A stretch of 64,000 nt of DNA, from NCBI GenBank assembly GCA_965649765.1, contig OZ287753.1, positions 22,382,001 to 22,446,000 on the forward strand, written 5' to 3'. This document shows, piece after piece, positions 61,440 to 64,000 of this stretch; the first letter of the stretch is position 1; each line of letters opens with the position of its first letter. Under the pieces are notes generated by a model. That model was not told the DNA's origin and ran no database searches. It worked only from the letters and a program-made list of their open reading frames with translations. The position numbers were made by a program, and so were the translations under genes. The stretch is from Bispira polyomma. Its lineage: Eukaryota.

Positions 61440-63540
61440 AGATTTCTGCCAATGTATGTGGTTGGGTTTTAAAAATTCATGAAAATGTCATCTGCGGGGA
61501 TCTTAATATTCATTAATATTTATATGGATTCATCTGGTACATGGTCCAGAAATTTTACCGCTATCTTATCTCGTTTTGATTACACACAGCTTATCGTTGA
61601 GCCCACCCTCGTACATGGCCACACCTTAGATGTGCTGTGCGTCGGTAAGTCTTTCTTAACTGCTGTCAGTTCCTATGTTATTAGTGACCCGTCGGAGTTC
61701 CATGTAACTAGACATAAAAATCTGTAAACTAAATAAATACTCTGGATTTGAAGGCTGACATTTTTAACTCTGACCTCATAAAGTGTCCACATAAAACTGC
61801 CAGTCTCCTCCGTGATCAGTACTTTAATACCCTTGGAGGCCTACTCGATAGGCATGCACCAGCAAACAAAAGTATAGACCCTGATACTGGTTTCATAAAC
61901 AAGGAAATCCTGGCTCCCAAATGCCACGAGTGTAAACTGGAACGTACCTGGCGCCAAGACATGTCCACGAACAGCTACAACCACATGCTGGAACTCCCAA
62001 ACACAGCCATTACACTAAGCTTGTCAATGAAAACCGCAATAACCCAAAGGCCTTGTGGAAGTCTATACAGAAAAATAATGCACAAATCGTCTACAATAAT
62101 TCTTCTTGACTGCAAATCAGTGGCAGACTTGGCCAAATTTTTTGGTAAATTTTTCTCTGAGAAAATCGTCAAACTCAGCTCCAGCCTGTCATCATCCTCT
62201 GAGACCTCACTGTACCCACCCACTATGTCCTTGGAAGAGATCCTTAACCTTATTCAAACCTCCCCAAATAAATCTGCGATCTGGATCCTATCCCAACATC
62301 TCTGTTCAAGGAATGTATTGGGTACTAGAGTGGACATTAAATATCAAAATTCAAATTCAAGGAATGTATCAACATCCTTATCACGCTCATTACTAGTATC
62401 CTAAATCTTTCACTCCATAAAGGCATTTTTCCATCTTGTTTTAAAACCGCCTATGTTTCTCCATTTCCAAAAAAACCCCGCCTCTACAGCAACATCTTGC
62501 AGTCCTGTATCCAATTTAAGCTGTGTCTCCAAACTCATTGAGAAAGCAGTGACAAAACAATTGAACAAATGTATGGCCCACGAAGGCACCACAAATACAC
62601 GTCAGTTAGCCTACAGGCGCAATCCTTCAACCAAAACCGCCCTGTTAAAAATTCAAAATGATGTATCCACCGCTGTTGAAAATGGTAAAGTAGTTGCGCT
62701 CACTGTTGGACCTGTCTGCTGCCTTCGATACCATCGACCATACTATCCTCTTTAATTGTGTAACTGATTGGTTTGGCATCGATGTCACCGTCCTTAGTTT
62801 GATTCGGTCCTATTTACGTCGTAGAAATTGGCAATAATTTCTCAGAAGCTTCCTTACTACCACATGGTGTCCCACAAGGTTCTGTATTGGGCCCTCTTCT
62901 TTTCACCATGTAGACTACTCCCCTTAGTAAAATAATCTCTTAGTTTAATGTCACTCGCCACCTGTATGCTGATGACCCACAGATATATGCAAGGAAATTT
63001 GACTCGAGCATATCAGAGCTGGCAAAATGCCTCAAGGCTGTGGAAACGGATCGAAAGTGTCAAGCTTAAACTCAACCCAGATAAAACCGAATTCATCACT
63101 ATAGGTAAAAATGCTACTCAAGACAGTTGCAAACCTTTTTTTCCAATCAGTCTACTTAACAATATGTCGCCATCAAGCAAAGTTAATATCCTTGGTGTTA
63201 TGTTCGACCAAGATAACTCATTCAGTAGTCGTGTGGGCACTGTCTGTCAGGCCTGCTACTACCATATACATGATCGGCGCAGAATACGCAGGTCCAGGTA
63301 TTGCGAATGTGGACCAGGTGGCTAATGCAATGGTCAGCAGCCAGCTAGACTATTGCAACTCCTTGCTGTACGGTATAAAAAAGGTCAATATAACAAGGCT
63401 CCAAAGAGTCCAAAATGCCCTCTGCCGTATAGTGTACAAGCTTAACAAATTTAGCCATGTCTCGCCCTACCTCCACTGGCTACCTTCGAACAGCCCATTC
63501 TTTTTAAATACATCCTTCTTGTGTTCAAAGCTAATGAAAT
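61440..63540 (+). mobile_element. Degenerate L2/CR1 LINE ORF2 (end of APE through RT)
   Basis: GDLNIH, PT.VHGHTLD, PVSNLSCVSKLIEK, AAFDTIDH, GVPQGSVLGP, YADD, KLKLNPDKTE, LDYCNSLL and LHWLP. Confidence 0.9.
62319..62355 (+). mobile_element. Extremely 5'-truncated insertion of the SINE family A 3' tail
   Basis: GGTACTAGAGTGGACATTAAATATCAAAATTCAAA between 14-bp TSDs TTCAAGGAATGTAT (62305-62318 and 62356-62369). Confidence 0.85.
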
Positions 63541-64000
63541 TTTATCCTACAATGGCTTCAAAAAAGAAGTTCAGTACTGGCAAACAGGAGTATGATATGG
63601 ACTCATCCAGACCTGCGGTTAGAATGGTTGCATCAAAGAGTTCCAAGAAGTGTATCCAATTTTGGATATTGAGTTTAAAGTCTGACTACAAAATATATCT
63701 CCCATTATGCACAGGTGTTGAGATAGACTGGAGTGATAATTTTAGAACAGCAGGATCTGATATCAAAATTAGTGTCAAGAAGTACAAAGCACCATTATAC
63801 ACAGTGACTGTCTTCACTGAAACAGGCACTCTGCAGTGTCAATGGAGCAATTACATCGACTTGGCCAAAGTATCATGAATATATCGCTGGAATACAATAC
63901 CAGCAAGTACAACCAGAATAGTGATGACAATCAACACTGTCAAACTAAGTATTCCTCCACGATCAGTGCTAAGTTGGAATAATCTATGGATAGTTTTGTG

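Overview
AT-rich animal genomic DNA, most likely from an invertebrate. The SINE and transposon repertoire suggests a lophotrochozoan such as a mollusc (inference). It contains two intact, divergently transcribed, intron-containing housekeeping genes: galactokinase (GALK1, minus strand, 7 exons, 392 aa) and ribosomal protein eS24 (RPS24, plus strand, 6 coding exons, 132 aa, TCT/TOP start). Most of the rest is mobile DNA: two diverged Ngaro-type tyrosine-recombinase (YR) retrotransposons lying tail-to-tail plus a third YR relic, a TSD-bounded L1/Tx1-type LINE inside GALK1 intron 4, CR1/L2 LINE relics, two solo LTRs, tRNA-derived SINEs, MITEs, a MADF relic and minisatellites. Three observations stand out. 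(1) The LINE ORF1 protein carries a C-terminal NADAR (YbiA-like ADP-ribose/N-glycosidase) domain. (2) Both YR retrotransposons share an A_AAA_AAC slippery site, a 6-nt spacer and a 9-bp hairpin with compensatory changes at the gag stop, suggesting a -1 frameshift into pol. (3) Both also have a phase-1 splice donor in gag and a phase-1 acceptor at the start of their ATG-less YR ORF, which would give an in-frame Gag-YR fusion. All calls were made by eye, and no database searches were run.
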